The notes below the pieces were generated by a model. That model saw only the letters and a program-made list of their open reading frames with translations, was not told where the DNA came from and made no database searches. Below, one piece after another: positions 21,610 to 31,765 of a DNA stretch of 64,000 nt. Position 1 is the first letter of the stretch. The number at the start of each line of letters is the position of its first letter. Origin of the DNA: a candidate division WOR-3 bacterium (GTDB lineage Bacteria; Hydrothermota; Tepidihabitantia; Tepidihabitantales; Tepidihabitantaceae). A program made the translations under genes and the position numbers. The DNA lies in assembly GCA_965648905.1 (NCBI GenBank), contig CBFGIT010000003.1, positions 32,001 to 96,000 of the forward strand, read 5' to 3'.

Positions 21610-22902
21610 TCAAGGCCGGTTGCCGCTCAAACCAAGCAGGCGCAGGACCTCACCGGCAAGGTAGAATGAGCCGGCAAAGACGACAGGAAATGACGAGTCA
21701 CGCGCAATGGACACAGCGGCAGGCAGGCTCTCAGCAGTAACATAGGAGACACGCAGGCGCGTGAAGACGCGGCCCAGTTCTGCCAGTGGCAGAGCACGGG
21801 GAGAGTCGGGTCGGACCAGCACCGCGCTGTGTATCCAGCGGGTTAGTGGCCGCACGGTCTCTTTGACCAGCTTGCCGCGCAGCGAGCCGTAGACCAGTAT
21901 CACCCTTTGATTCAGGTGGTCGCGGATGACATCAGCCAGTGCTCGCCCAGAATCCGGGTTGTGGCACGAATCAACCATAATGAACGGCCTGCGGGAAACA
22001 ACCTGACACCGGGCCGGAATCATGACCTTTGCCAGGCCGCGCCTTACCCCGGCCAGTCTGATGCGCGGGTCATGCTCTGCGAGCAGGCCGAGTACGGCCA
22101 GCGCGGTCTGGCAGTTCTCGACCTGGTGCCGGCCCAGCAGAGGCAATCGGAACACAGCCCGGCCCATGTCGGTGCAGGCGGAAAAACGAGTGCCGGTTCG
22201 GGTCGGCAGTATCGGGCCGATGCTGGTTGCGGCCTCGGCGCGGTTCAGCATTGCTCTGGTGGCGTGGGCACACCGGCGCAGCTCAGCCAGCGCGTCTGGT
22301 TCCTGCCGGCCGACCACGACCGGCCTGCCCGGCCGCATGATGCCCGCTTTCTCACGCGCGATTTGCCGCCGGGTGCTGCCCAGCACCTTGACATGGTCCA
22401 GACCGATGCGGGTAATGACCGAGACCTGCGGCTCGGACAGATTCGTCGCATCCAGCCTGCCGCCGAGGCCGACCTCGACGATGCAGTAGTCTGGCCGGCG
22501 TCGGGCGAACAGGTCAAAGGCCATGGCCGTGGTCAGCTCAAAGTAGCTGACCGGCTGCCGGCGCACCAGCGGGACGAACCGTTCGACCAGCCGGGCGAAT
22601 GTCGCCGGCGGGACCGGCACACCGTTGTACTGAATCCGCTCGCGCACATTGTGGACATGAGGCGAGACGAACAGGCCGGTTCTTAGCCCGCAGCCGCGCA
22701 GAGCCGCATCGAGCATGTAGCAGACCGAGCCTTTGCCTTTGGTGCCGGCCACGAGCACGACCGAGTCGAGCTTCTGCTGTGGGTTGCCGGCCAGCCCGAG
22801 CAGGCGCCGGATGTTGTCGAGCTTGAACCGGTCGCGCGGTTTGGCCTGCTTCTCGTAGTTCACAAGCGCGTCGAGAAAGGCGACCGCGTCAGAGAATCTC
22901 AT
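21610..22902 (-). CDS. folC: Folylpolyglutamate synthase/dihydrofolate synthase
   Basis: AGTKGKGS, SPH...RERI, EVGLGGRLDATN, DH...LG, EKAGI, DSCHNP. Confidence 0.92.
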   Translation of the reverse strand: MRFSDAVAFLDALVNYEKQAKPRDRFKLDNIRRLLGLAGNPQQKLDSVVLVAGTKGKGSVCYMLDAALRGCGLRTGLFVSPHVHNVRERIQYNGVPVPPATFARLVERFVPLVRRQPVSYFELTTAMAFDLFARRRPDYCIVEVGLGGRLDATNLSEPQVSVITRIGLDHVKVLGSTRRQIAREKAGIMRPGRPVVVGRQEPDALAELRRCAHATRAMLNRAEAATSIGPILPTRTGTRFSACTDMGRAVFRLPLLGRHQVENCQTALAVLGLLAEHDPRIRLAGVRRGLAKVMIPARCQVVSRRPFIMVDSCHNPDSGRALADVIRDHLNQRVILVYGSLRGKLVKETVRPLTRWIHSAVLVRPDSPRALPLAELGRVFTRLRVSYVTAESLPAAVSIARDSSFPVVFAGSFYLAGEVLRLLGLSGNRP

Positions 22903-23680
22903 CGTCTTGCTGACTGCTGCGCAGCTCGATGCCACGGCAACTCGACCCGAGGAAACCGGCGAGCACGGCCACATGCTGCCGGCCAGCCTCGTGGCCGGCA
23001 AGGAGCTCTGACTCGATTCTGGCCAGCGCCTGGGTCAAGTTCAGCCCCGAACGATACACGAGGCGGAACGCATGCCGCAGCGCGGCCAGCTCCTCGGGCC
23101 GGAAACCGGCACGCCTGAGCCCGACCGCATTCAGTCCGCGCACCCGGCAAGGGTTGCCCGCCGCCAGCACAAAAGGCGGAATGTCCTTACCCACGTAGGA
23201 ACATGCGCCGACCATAGCCAGCCGCCCGACACGGCAGAACTGGTGTACGCCCGTAAGACCACCGATATTCGCGCCATCACCGACTTCAACGTGGCCGGCC
23301 AGTTGGACACCGTTGGTCAGTACGCACCCGGAGCCGACCCGGCAGTTGTGGGCAACATGCACATAGGCCATAACCATGTTGTTGTCGCCGATAACCGTGC
23401 TCGTACCTTCACCGCATGACCGGTGCACCGTGGCGTACTCGAAGAACTGGTTGTCCGAGCCGATCTGCACTTCGGTCGCCTCGCCCTGGTACTTGCGGTC
23501 CATCGGCCGGCCGCCGACAATCACGCCCGAAGCAAACCGGCAGCGCGCACCAACTGAGACGCGACCTTCGAACCGGCAGAACGGTCCGACTTCGGTGCCC
23601 GGCCCAAGTTTCACCTCCGGGCCAATCAGGGGCGAGGTGTCGACCGCTACCTCAGCATGCCCAAAACGACCGCTTCGCAC
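22889..23680 (-). CDS. lpxA: Acyl-ACP--UDP-GlcNAc O-acyltransferase
   Basis: Hexapeptide repeats, TVHR, HVAHNC, LAGHV, HQFCRVG, KDIPPF, GLNAVGLRR. Start uncertain. Confidence 0.9.
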   Translation of the reverse strand: MRSGRFGHAEVAVDTSPLIGPEVKLGPGTEVGPFCRFEGRVSVGARCRFASGVIVGGRPMDRKYQGEATEVQIGSDNQFFEYATVHRSCGEGTSTVIGDNNMVMAYVHVAHNCRVGSGCVLTNGVQLAGHVEVGDGANIGGLTGVHQFCRVGRLAMVGACSYVGKDIPPFVLAAGNPCRVRGLNAVGLRRAGFRPEELAALRHAFRLVYRSGLNLTQALARIESELLAGHEAGRQHVAVLAGFLGSSCRGIELRSSQQDDEIL

Positions 23681-24081
23681 GCCAGTTCCGAACCGACTAC
23701 TATCTGTCCTTCAATCTTGTAGACCGGCCCTTTCTGACCGACGACCGTGGCGGTGATGGTCATCCGGTCACCGGGCCGGACAATGCGGCGGAATCGCGCC
23801 CGCTCGATGCCGGCAAAAAGGGTATCGCGGCCCGCGCGTTCGGTGCGCCTGGTCAAGACGAGCAGGATTCCAGCCTGGGCAATCGTCTCCACCATCACGA
23901 CACCGGGCAGCACCGGATTGCCCGGGAAATGACCAACAAAGAAGTACTCATCATGCCGGACGTCGCGATACGCTTCTATCAGGTTATCTTCCAATCGGGT
24001 CACCGCGTCAACAAAGAGAAACGGCTCGCGGTGCGGCAGGTATCGTTTCACCGCTTCGCTATCCATGACTATGTCCGACAC
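23647..24081 (-). CDS. fabZ: 3-hydroxyacyl-ACP dehydratase
   Basis: LPHREPFLFVD, FFVGHFPGNPVLPGV..VE..AQ. GGAGG RBS before GTG 24081. Confidence 0.93.
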   Translation of the reverse strand: MSDIVMDSEAVKRYLPHREPFLFVDAVTRLEDNLIEAYRDVRHDEYFFVGHFPGNPVLPGVVMVETIAQAGILLVLTRRTERAGRDTLFAGIERARFRRIVRPGDRMTITATVVGQKGPVYKIEGQIVVGSELACEAVVLGMLR

Positions 24082-24851
24082 ATCTCCTCCAGTTCGCGCA
24101 CCAGCGCGAGGTTCATCCGGTGATTGGAATTGCAGACTTCGATACTTGCCAGTATCGGCCGGCCCAGCAGCCAAAGGTCGCCCAAGAGGTCAAGAACCTT
24201 GTGGCAACCCGGCTCATTAGGCATGCGTTCATGCTTCGGGAATACCCAGCCATCATTACGCTTCAGCGGAAGGCCGAGCCTGAATCGTTGACGGAACTTC
24301 CATACCGGGCCCTCCACCGGCCCGAAGGTCCGGGCTCTGACCAGCCTGGTTCTGAAGGATTCCGGCGTGACGTCGATGACCTGGTCGTACGGGCCGTAAC
24401 CCGGTGCCCACCCGTAGACTGCAACTCTCAGCCCGCTGCCGGGCGCGACGAAGTAGCACGAGCACTTCGCATCCAAAGCCCAGTGGCAGCCGGTAATGGG
24501 CACTGCCTCCTGGACCAGTTCTCTTGTGCCGGCCCGATTCAAAGCGTGATAGAAGAGCAGACTGCTGCCGTCGCCCAGTGGTAGCTCGTTCCCTTCCACG
24601 TCCACGCCCAAGTCGGTGATACCGAGTCCGGCGCAGGCTGCCATCAAGTGCTCAATCATGTAGATGCGGTGCCGGCCCCGACCGATGCAGGTACGATTCT
24701 CGTACTCAGAAGCCCGTCTCGGAGTGGCCAGGATGCTGTCGTTGAAGACGATTCCCTCTTGACCGGGCTTCAGCCGCACCTTGACCGGGCGCTGGCTGAG
24801 CAGGCCGATGCCACTGACGCTGGTCGGGCGGCAGATGGTGCGGCGATTCAC
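24069..24851 (-). CDS. lpxC: UDP-3-O-acyl-GlcNAc deacetylase (divergent)
   Basis: RRTI....SGIGL, IEHLMAA, E.P.GDGS, ARTFG, HKVLDLLGDL. Confidence 0.85.
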   Translation of the reverse strand: MNRRTICRPTSVSGIGLLSQRPVKVRLKPGQEGIVFNDSILATPRRASEYENRTCIGRGRHRIYMIEHLMAACAGLGITDLGVDVEGNELPLGDGSSLLFYHALNRAGTRELVQEAVPITGCHWALDAKCSCYFVAPGSGLRVAVYGWAPGYGPYDQVIDVTPESFRTRLVRARTFGPVEGPVWKFRQRFRLGLPLKRNDGWVFPKHERMPNEPGCHKVLDLLGDLWLLGRPILASIEVCNSNHRMNLALVRELEEMCRT

Positions 24852-25495
24852 GAACCCCTGCCGTACTGCCGCCAGAGCCGCGCCCAGAAGCGCTTCATCG
24901 CGCCGTGTGGCCGCGCCGGGATTCCGGAGTAGTGCGCACCGGCCGGAACTGAACGGAATACCGCAGACTTGGCATGGATAACCGCATCGTCGCCGATCGT
25001 CACGTGGTCGCTGATACCTACTTGCCCGGCAAGCTGTACGCGGTCGCCGATTCGGACGCTACCGGCAATGCCGGTCTGAGCCACGATGATACAGTCCTGG
25101 CCGATGACGACATTGTGGCCGATGTGAACCAGGCAATCGACCTTGGTGCCCCGGCCGATTCGGGTCTCGCGTCCGGTTCTGGCCCGGGCGATGGTGACGT
25201 TGGCTCCGATGTCAACGTCGTCCTCAATGACAACCCGACCGTCATGCTCGAGCCGGTGATACCCGTCGGTCCGTCGCTCGTACCCGAATCCGTCGCAGCC
25301 GATAACACCGCCCGGCCCGATGCGCACGCGCGCCCCGACCGATGCCGGGCCGATGATCACGGCATGTGGTTGAACGATTGTTCCGGGTCCGATTGAGACC
25401 CCGGAGCCGATGTACACGAACGGACCAAGTCGGACGTCCGGGCCGAGCCGCACGTCATCAGCGACCCACTGAAGAGGTAACCCCGGGCTATTCAA
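24848..25495 (-). CDS. lpxD: UDP-3-O-(3-hydroxyacyl)glucosamine N-acyltransferase, short form
   Basis: IG.DGFGY, IGANVTI.R, KVD.LVHIGHNV.IG, AQTGIAGS, GQVGI.DH, G.PA. Probable TTG start overlapping the skp stop. Confidence 0.85.
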   Translation of the reverse strand: MNSPGLPLQWVADDVRLGPDVRLGPFVYIGSGVSIGPGTIVQPHAVIIGPASVGARVRIGPGGVIGCDGFGYERRTDGYHRLEHDGRVVIEDDVDIGANVTIARARTGRETRIGRGTKVDCLVHIGHNVVIGQDCIIVAQTGIAGSVRIGDRVQLAGQVGISDHVTIGDDAVIHAKSAVFRSVPAGAHYSGIPARPHGAMKRFWARLWRQYGRGS

Positions 25496-26435
25496 TGCTG
25501 CCCAACAGCACGCGGACGACTTTGCCGACCTCCTGCTGCAGGTCCTCGACCCGGCTGGCCGCACCTTCCTCAGTCTTGAGCAGGGTTCCCAGCCGAACAT
25601 TGGCAAGTGACAGTGTGAACTGGACCCGCCGGTCCTGTTTGCCCGCGCTGCCGAACACGACGAAGTCAGCATCAAGTGCCCGGGCCGCCTCAAGCGCGGA
25701 CTCCAGGACAATCTGCTGATTCTGCAGGCCACGGCCGGTCAGTTGCTGGTCAACCTTGGCGTTGGCAACCATGTCGGTGCGTGGGGTTGAACGGACGAGG
25801 TCATAGACGAACTGCCGAATCTGCGCTCCGATTCGGTCCTGCTGTGCCTGGTCGTCCCGGTTGTAGACCGGCATGATCGCGTAGACCTGCTTACCCGTGC
25901 CGCTCGGTGTCACCGGCGCGTACTCGCGGTTCAGGTCTTCGATGATACGCTCGGTCAGGTCGAGACCGGCTTGGCTGTAGACGATGCCGGCCTTGCTGGC
26001 GTCCAGTACCAGAGCATAACCTTCCTCAACCGCCACGCGGTTGACCGCGGAGTCGATCTTCTCGACAATCGGAGCAACCAACTCCTTGTTCTTCTGGTCG
26101 ATGCGGCCACCCTTGGAGTAGACCTCGGCGACATAGCCGTCGTAGCGTCGCTTGCGCTGGTCAACCTCGGCCAGCTTGGCACGCTTGCCCTCTTCTGACA
26201 AAGTCAGTTGCTGGGAGTCGTACTCCTGCTTCGCCTGTTCATAGTCCAGCTTGAGCGACTCGACCCGGGCCTCGAATTTGGCGACCGCGGCGTCGAGTTC
26301 CTTCTTGGCTTCAGCCGCGGCCTCGAGCTTGGCAATCACTCGGTCGGTGTCAACGTAGCCGACCTTGAACTCCTTGGCCAGCAGCAATGGGCTGATGGCC
26401 GACATCACAAGAACCATTCGCCGCAAGCAGCTCAT
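25488..26435 (-). CDS. skp: OmpH/Skp chaperone with an extra C-terminal alpha/beta domain
   Basis: KVGYVD, coiled coil, VA..EGY.LVLD....VY....DLT. About 140-aa extension. Confidence 0.8.
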   Translation of the reverse strand: MSCLRRMVLVMSAISPLLLAKEFKVGYVDTDRVIAKLEAAAEAKKELDAAVAKFEARVESLKLDYEQAKQEYDSQQLTLSEEGKRAKLAEVDQRKRRYDGYVAEVYSKGGRIDQKNKELVAPIVEKIDSAVNRVAVEEGYALVLDASKAGIVYSQAGLDLTERIIEDLNREYAPVTPSGTGKQVYAIMPVYNRDDQAQQDRIGAQIRQFVYDLVRSTPRTDMVANAKVDQQLTGRGLQNQQIVLESALEAARALDADFVVFGSAGKQDRRVQFTLSLANVRLGTLLKTEEGAASRVEDLQQEVGKVVRVLLGSIE

Positions 26436-27709
26436 GTTTCCTCCTGGGTTTGAATCACGGGAACGCCGGCGAGTCTCGTTAAGTCTGACCGCACCACCAG
26501 CACCTTGGCCGGCCGACCCGGCCGGATGCCCGACGAGTCCGCAAGGTGCAGCCGCAGATAGTTGTCGGTCAAAGCAGTTTGGCTCGTTTCGACCACTGCC
26601 GGACGGATGGTCCCGATGAATCGTTCTTCGTAGCGACGGCGCAGTTCAACGGCCAGACTCCTCAATTCGTGCACCCGGCGGCGCACTGCGCTTGAGTTTC
26701 TTCCGGACCGCGCGGGCGGCACGCTCGCGCCGGGCCGGGCCGAAAATGAGAAGACGTGCAGATAGGCGAGCTGCAGTTCCCGAACAAACTCGCAGGTTCG
26801 CTCAAACTCGGCCGAACCCTCGGTAGGGAAGCCGACGATGACGTCGGCGCCGATGCAGACATCAGGCCGTACCGACCGCAACCGGGTCACAAGTCGGCTG
26901 AAGTCGGCCGCAGTGTACTCTCGGCCCATCGCCCTGAGCACGCCGTCGTCTGCCGACTGCAGCGGTAAGTGGACGTGCGGGCAGATGCGTGGCTCAGCAA
27001 ACGTCTCAAGCAGTTCATCGTCGAACGTATCCGGCTCGATTGAACCAAGCCTGATTCTCGACTCCGGACTGACGCCGAGCAGCCGCCTGAGCAGCCCGGC
27101 CAGCCTGGTTCCATCCGGGTCAGCATACGTCCCAAGATTGAGGCCGGTCAAGACCAGCTCGTAGAATCCTTCGGATAGCAACTGCTCAACCTGAGCCACA
27201 ACACTCGCGGCCGGCACGGAACGCGGCATCCCTCTCAGGCGCGACACAACGCAGTAGGTGCAGCGTCGGGAACAGCCATCCTGTACCTTCAGAATTGCCC
27301 GGCTCCGTGCCGGCTCCGGACACAGTCCGGCAATGACCTGCTGCTTGTGCTCGTTGGTCCAGACCTCGTCCACACCCGGCAGCGCCCGAACCCTGCCCGG
27401 CGCGCGTTCAGCAAGGCACCCGAGCACCACCACCCGCGGTTTCGGCCGCAGCCGCACGACGCGATTGATGAGCTGGGTCGAGCTGCGGTCCGCGGCGGCG
27501 GTGACCGTGCAGGTGTTGACGTAGCAGACATCGGCGGTCGCCGGGTCGTCGTGAAGAGCGACGCCCTGCCGGAGCAGACTCCGGCGCAGGGCGTCACTCT
27601 CAGACTGATTCAGCCGGCAGCCGGCAGTGAGGACCGCCGCACGTGCCGCGGTGCTGAGGGCCGACTCGGAGCTAGCGTTCCTCTTCGAATTCGCGCAGAT
27701 GGTCCTCAA
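26432..27709 (-). CDS. mtaB: MiaB-family radical-SAM tRNA methylthiotransferase (MtaB-like)
   Basis: GCRLNQSES, NTCTVT, KVQDGCSRRCTYC, HLPLQS, D.IVGFP. Start uncertain. Confidence 0.85.
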   Translation of the reverse strand: MRTICANSKRNASSESALSTAARAAVLTAGCRLNQSESDALRRSLLRQGVALHDDPATADVCYVNTCTVTAAADRSSTQLINRVVRLRPKPRVVVLGCLAERAPGRVRALPGVDEVWTNEHKQQVIAGLCPEPARSRAILKVQDGCSRRCTYCVVSRLRGMPRSVPAASVVAQVEQLLSEGFYELVLTGLNLGTYADPDGTRLAGLLRRLLGVSPESRIRLGSIEPDTFDDELLETFAEPRICPHVHLPLQSADDGVLRAMGREYTAADFSRLVTRLRSVRPDVCIGADVIVGFPTEGSAEFERTCEFVRELQLAYLHVFSFSARPGASVPPARSGRNSSAVRRRVHELRSLAVELRRRYEERFIGTIRPAVVETSQTALTDNYLRLHLADSSGIRPGRPAKVLVVRSDLTRLAGVPVIQTQEET

Positions 27710-29441
27710 GCGTGAACCGGTCGGTCAGTTCGTCTTCCCGGTAGCGGTCGCGGTCCCGGCCCTCCTGCCGCTCGGGTTCTTCTTCGGATTCGAGTTCCGG
27801 ATGCAGCGCCCGCTCGCTCAGCGCAATCCGGCGATACTCGGCATCAATCCGGATGACCTTGAGTTCGAGCTCCTCGCCGATCTGATACTTGTCCTTGGTC
27901 TTCTTGCCGCCCCGGCAGAGCATGTTCACCGGCACGAAACCCTCGATGCCGTGGTTCAGCGCCACGACCGCTCCAGGCTTGGGCAGGTCGACAATCCGCG
28001 CCCGGACCACGTCGCCTTCCTTCAGTTCCCGGCTCAGCCGGTAGAACGGGTCTTCCTGCACCTGTTTCAGGCCCAGGGTGATACGTCGGTTCTCCTTGTC
28101 AAGCCCGAGGATGATCGTCTCGACCTGCTGGCCCTTCTTCAGCTCCTCGCGCGGGTGCTTGATGCGCTTCGTCCACGAGATGTCGGCGTTGTGAATCAGT
28201 CCTTCGATGCCCTCCTCGATCTCGACGAACGCGCCGAAGTCCTTGAGGGCACGAACCCGCCCGGTGACCCGCTGGCCGACATGGAACTTGTCCTCGACCA
28301 GGGACCAGGGGTCAGGCAGGGTCTGCTTGAGCCCGAGCGATATGCGCCGATTCTCCTTGTCGATGTTGAGCACGACCGTTTCGACTTCCTCGTCGACCTG
28401 GACAATCTGGGACGGATGATGCACCGACTTGGTCCAGGACATCTCGGAGATGTGAATCAACCCTTCAATGCCCTTCTCCAGCTCAACGAACGCGCCGTAC
28501 TCGGCCAGCGTCGTCACCCGGCCGCGAATCCGCGAACCGACCGGGTACTTCTCCTCGACCCGCTCCCACGGGTGAGGCTGGAGCTGCTTCAAGCCGACGG
28601 TAATCCGGTTCGTCTGCGGGTCGGCCGACAACACCTTGACCTTGAGCTCGTCGCCGACATTGACAACCTCGGTCGGATGGACGACCTTGTTCCAGGCCAG
28701 GTCGGAAATGTGGAGCAGCGCATCGACGCCGCCGATGTCCACAAACGCGCCGAAGTCGGTGATCGTCTTCACCGTGCCGTCAATCACGTCGCCGACCGCG
28801 AGCCGGCTGAACACCTCGCGCCGCACCTGCTCCTGCCGTTCCTCTAGCAGTATCCGGCGGGAAACGACGATGTTCTTCTTATACCAGTTGACCGAAAGGA
28901 TTCTGACCTCAATCTGCTTGTTCAACAGCTCATCGAGATTGAGCACCGGCCGCAGGTCAACCTGCGAGCCGGGCAGAAACGCATCCAGTCCCAGGATTTC
29001 GACCGCCAGCCCGCCCTTCACGCGCTTGATGACCGTTGCCGGCACACCCTCGGCGCTCTCCGACTTCTGCTTGATGGTCTCCCAGGCGAGCTGGAAGTCG
29101 GCCTTTTTCTTCGATATTACCGGGAACCCGTCGCGGTCCTCGAGCAGGTCAACGTAGACCTTGACTTCCCGGCCTTCCTCGGCCTCGGTCTGGTTGCGAA
29201 ACTCCTCCAGCGGCAGCACACCCTCGGCCTTCAGGCCGATGTCCACAAGCACGGCATTGGGCAGCTTCTTGATGATGCGACCGGTGACAATCTCACCGGG
29301 CCGCAGCGTCGGAAAAGAACTCGCGTACAGGTCAGCCATTGACCGCTCGGCGACCGGTGCCGTCATTCCGACGGTCTGCCCGAAGCTATCAGCCTGGGGC
29401 GGGTGTGCGGTGCCACCATTGGGGATTTCATCATTCGACAT
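27672..29441 (-). CDS. rpsA: 30S ribosomal protein S1
   Basis: Six S1 repeats (AFLPGSQVD, DFGAFVD.GG, GLIHISE.SW). Confidence 0.97.
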   Translation of the reverse strand: MSNDEIPNGGTAHPPQADSFGQTVGMTAPVAERSMADLYASSFPTLRPGEIVTGRIIKKLPNAVLVDIGLKAEGVLPLEEFRNQTEAEEGREVKVYVDLLEDRDGFPVISKKKADFQLAWETIKQKSESAEGVPATVIKRVKGGLAVEILGLDAFLPGSQVDLRPVLNLDELLNKQIEVRILSVNWYKKNIVVSRRILLEERQEQVRREVFSRLAVGDVIDGTVKTITDFGAFVDIGGVDALLHISDLAWNKVVHPTEVVNVGDELKVKVLSADPQTNRITVGLKQLQPHPWERVEEKYPVGSRIRGRVTTLAEYGAFVELEKGIEGLIHISEMSWTKSVHHPSQIVQVDEEVETVVLNIDKENRRISLGLKQTLPDPWSLVEDKFHVGQRVTGRVRALKDFGAFVEIEEGIEGLIHNADISWTKRIKHPREELKKGQQVETIILGLDKENRRITLGLKQVQEDPFYRLSRELKEGDVVRARIVDLPKPGAVVALNHGIEGFVPVNMLCRGGKKTKDKYQIGEELELKVIRIDAEYRRIALSERALHPELESEEEPERQEGRDRDRYREDELTDRFTLEDHLREFEEER

Positions 29442-30283
29442 TAGACGGATACCTCCTGAACAGGATTTCGGACAATCTTAGCGACTTCTCTCACCACCCA
29501 CGATGGGGTAGACGAACCGGCAACGATGCCGACATGCCGGCTCTGTGCCATGACTCCACGCGGCACGTCCGCCGTGCGTTCAGCGAACACCACACGCCGG
29601 CCCGCGTCGCGGGCGATGTCAGCCAGACGGGAGCTGTTGGCGCTGTTGCGTCCACCGACCACGACAACCAGATCCACCTGTCGGGCAAGCCGGTCGGCCG
29701 CTTCCTGCCGCGCCGCGGCTTCCTCGCAGACGGTGTCGAAAACTCGCAGCTCAGTATAGCGAAAGCGACTGAGATTGGCAACAGCCTCCCGGAACCTCGA
29801 CCGTGACATGGTCGTCTGAGCAACGACCCCGACCTTACGTCCCTCCAGACGCATCCGCGGGTCCCATACCCGACCGGCCCGGCCGGTATGGCCGAGAATT
29901 GACCTTACTTCCGGATGGTCGCGCTCGCCGACAACGACGACCACATAGCCGTTGTCCTTGAGCCGCCGGGCAACGTTCTGAACCTTGCGTACATAGGGGC
30001 ACGTGGCGTCAATCGTGACGATGCCGAGGCCTCGGCACCGCTCCAGAACCCGGGGTGGACAGCCGTGTGCCCGGATTACGAGCGCACCCTCGCGCATCGG
30101 GCGGACCTGCGCCACGGCTCTGATGCCGTCGGCTGCCAGCTCTTCGAGCACAAGCGGATTGTGCACCAGTTCACCGAGCGTCGAGACCCGGCCGTATCGT
30201 TCCTTCCCGGCCTTGGCGAGCCGGATCGCCCGTTCGACACCGAAACAGAAACCGGTTGGACGGGCAATGGTAACACGCGGCAT
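29441..30283 (-). CDS. ispH: 4-hydroxy-3-methylbut-2-enyl diphosphate reductase
   Basis: GFCFGVERA, VHN, IRAHG, DATCPYV, HPEV, QTT, SANS, AGSSTP. Confidence 0.95.
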   Translation of the reverse strand: MPRVTIARPTGFCFGVERAIRLAKAGKERYGRVSTLGELVHNPLVLEELAADGIRAVAQVRPMREGALVIRAHGCPPRVLERCRGLGIVTIDATCPYVRKVQNVARRLKDNGYVVVVVGERDHPEVRSILGHTGRAGRVWDPRMRLEGRKVGVVAQTTMSRSRFREAVANLSRFRYTELRVFDTVCEEAAARQEAADRLARQVDLVVVVGGRNSANSSRLADIARDAGRRVVFAERTADVPRGVMAQSRHVGIVAGSSTPSWVVREVAKIVRNPVQEVSV

Positions 30284-31065
30284 CAACTACCGCCTTTGGC
30301 CATCAGACGGATGCAGTCGGCCACGGCCTGAGTGAGTCCGTCGTAGCCGGTCCGGTCACGGCTGAACCGGTCGGGCAGGACCGGGGTGCCGAACGAAACG
30401 CGAATGGCTGTTGGCCGAGTCGGGCGGCGGCGAAAACCCCGACGCACAAAGTCACGGTCCACCCAGTACGACACGTTGGACCGGTCCACGCCCGTAAGGC
30501 ACACCGGGATGACCGGCACACGGTTACTCAGCGCCAGGAAACCGATACCTGGCTGAAACTCCTGCAACTCGCCAGTTCTGCTCCGAGTCCCTTCAGGAAA
30601 CAAGACGATTGTCTTTCCTCTTCTGAGTAGCCAGGAACACTGCTTGAGTGCGGCCGAATCTGCTCCGCCACGCCGTACCGGCCAGGCGTTCCAGGTTCGA
30701 ATCAGCCAGGCGAACATCCGCGATGCTTTGAACAGCTCTTCCTTCGCCAGAAAATGAATCTCCCGGGCCGCAGCCATGCCGACAATCAACGGGTCGAAGT
30801 TGGACACATGATTGGCTGCAAGAATCTGGGGCCCACTCAAGAGGTTGTTCCGGCCCGTGACCCGCAGACGCAGCACCAAGCGGGCAAACGGGTAGGTCAA
30901 CAGCAGTCCTGCCCGCCACCTGAGTTTCAAACTGCAGCTCCGGTCTGCTCCGGCTGACTTTCCCGCATGTTGATATCTGGGCCCTGCAATCTGCCTTGCC
31001 TCTGTCTTCCGCTCGCTACCCTTTGACCCGGCAGCATCTGTCGAGCTGCCGTCGAACCAGGTCAC
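30283..31065 (-). CDS. plsC: 1-acyl-sn-glycerol-3-phosphate acyltransferase
   Basis: NHVSNFD, FLAKEEL, FPEGTRS. True start may be further downstream. Confidence 0.88.
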   Translation of the reverse strand: MTWFDGSSTDAAGSKGSERKTEARQIAGPRYQHAGKSAGADRSCSLKLRWRAGLLLTYPFARLVLRLRVTGRNNLLSGPQILAANHVSNFDPLIVGMAAAREIHFLAKEELFKASRMFAWLIRTWNAWPVRRGGADSAALKQCSWLLRRGKTIVLFPEGTRSRTGELQEFQPGIGFLALSNRVPVIPVCLTGVDRSNVSYWVDRDFVRRGFRRRPTRPTAIRVSFGTPVLPDRFSRDRTGYDGLTQAVADCIRLMAKGGS

Positions 31066-31765
31066 ACACGACCGCGACCTGCTCGTCGATTGTCAGTTCG
31101 GTCGTGTCCACCAGGAACGCGTCCTTGGCTCGGCACAAAGGACTCATCCGACGACGGGAGTCGATTCGGTCGCGCGTCGCCAGATTCGCCCGCACTGAGG
31201 CAGCACTGACTCTCCTGCCCTGCTGCCTCAGCTCCAGTTGCCGACGCCGGCTGCGCTCTTCATGGTCGCACACCAGGAACACTTTGACCTGGGCCTGAGG
31301 AAACACAACGCTGCCGATGTCACGGCCTTCGCAGACCACCATGCGCCCGCGGGCAAACCGTCGCTGCTCGGCCACGAGCTTCCGGCGCACCGCGGGAATC
31401 GCCGAGACCTGAGACACAAGCGCACTCACCCGGGGCTCGCGCACCGCCTGGGTCACGTCTCGACCATCAAGCACCACGCGCAGGTGGTCTTTCGCCCAAG
31501 CAACCGCGACCCGCGTACGCGCCAGCAGTCTGGCCAGCGCCCTGGCGTTCCTTGGCTTGATGCCGGATTCGATGACCTTGAGCGTCACCGCCCGGTACAT
31601 CGCTCCGGTGTCGAGATAGTCAAGTCCGAGCCGAAGCGCACAGTGTCGAGCGGTTGTGCTCTTGCCCGAGCCGGCCGGCCCGTCAATCGCCACGACGAAC
31701 CCGCCTCCTTGGTCAGTCGTCCGAGTTTCCCTTAATGGTTTCGAACCCTGCTGGTCCGGTCTCAT
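31016..31765 (-). CDS. cmk: Cytidylate kinase
   Basis: AIDGPAGSGKST, DTGAMYRA, EGRDIGSVVFP. ATG overlaps the upstream stop. Confidence 0.95.
   Translation of the reverse strand: MRPDQQGSKPLRETRTTDQGGGFVVAIDGPAGSGKSTTARHCALRLGLDYLDTGAMYRAVTLKVIESGIKPRNARALARLLARTRVAVAWAKDHLRVVLDGRDVTQAVREPRVSALVSQVSAIPAVRRKLVAEQRRFARGRMVVCEGRDIGSVVFPQAQVKVFLVCDHEERSRRRQLELRQQGRRVSAASVRANLATRDRIDSRRRMSPLCRAKDAFLVDTTELTIDEQVAVVCDLVRRQLDRCCRVKG

Noticed and set aside
27627..28847. Long antisense ORFs (406 aa here; also 5073..6038, 53115..54332, 57951..59000)
   Set aside because: Shadow frames of real genes in GC-rich DNA, with no recognisable motifs.
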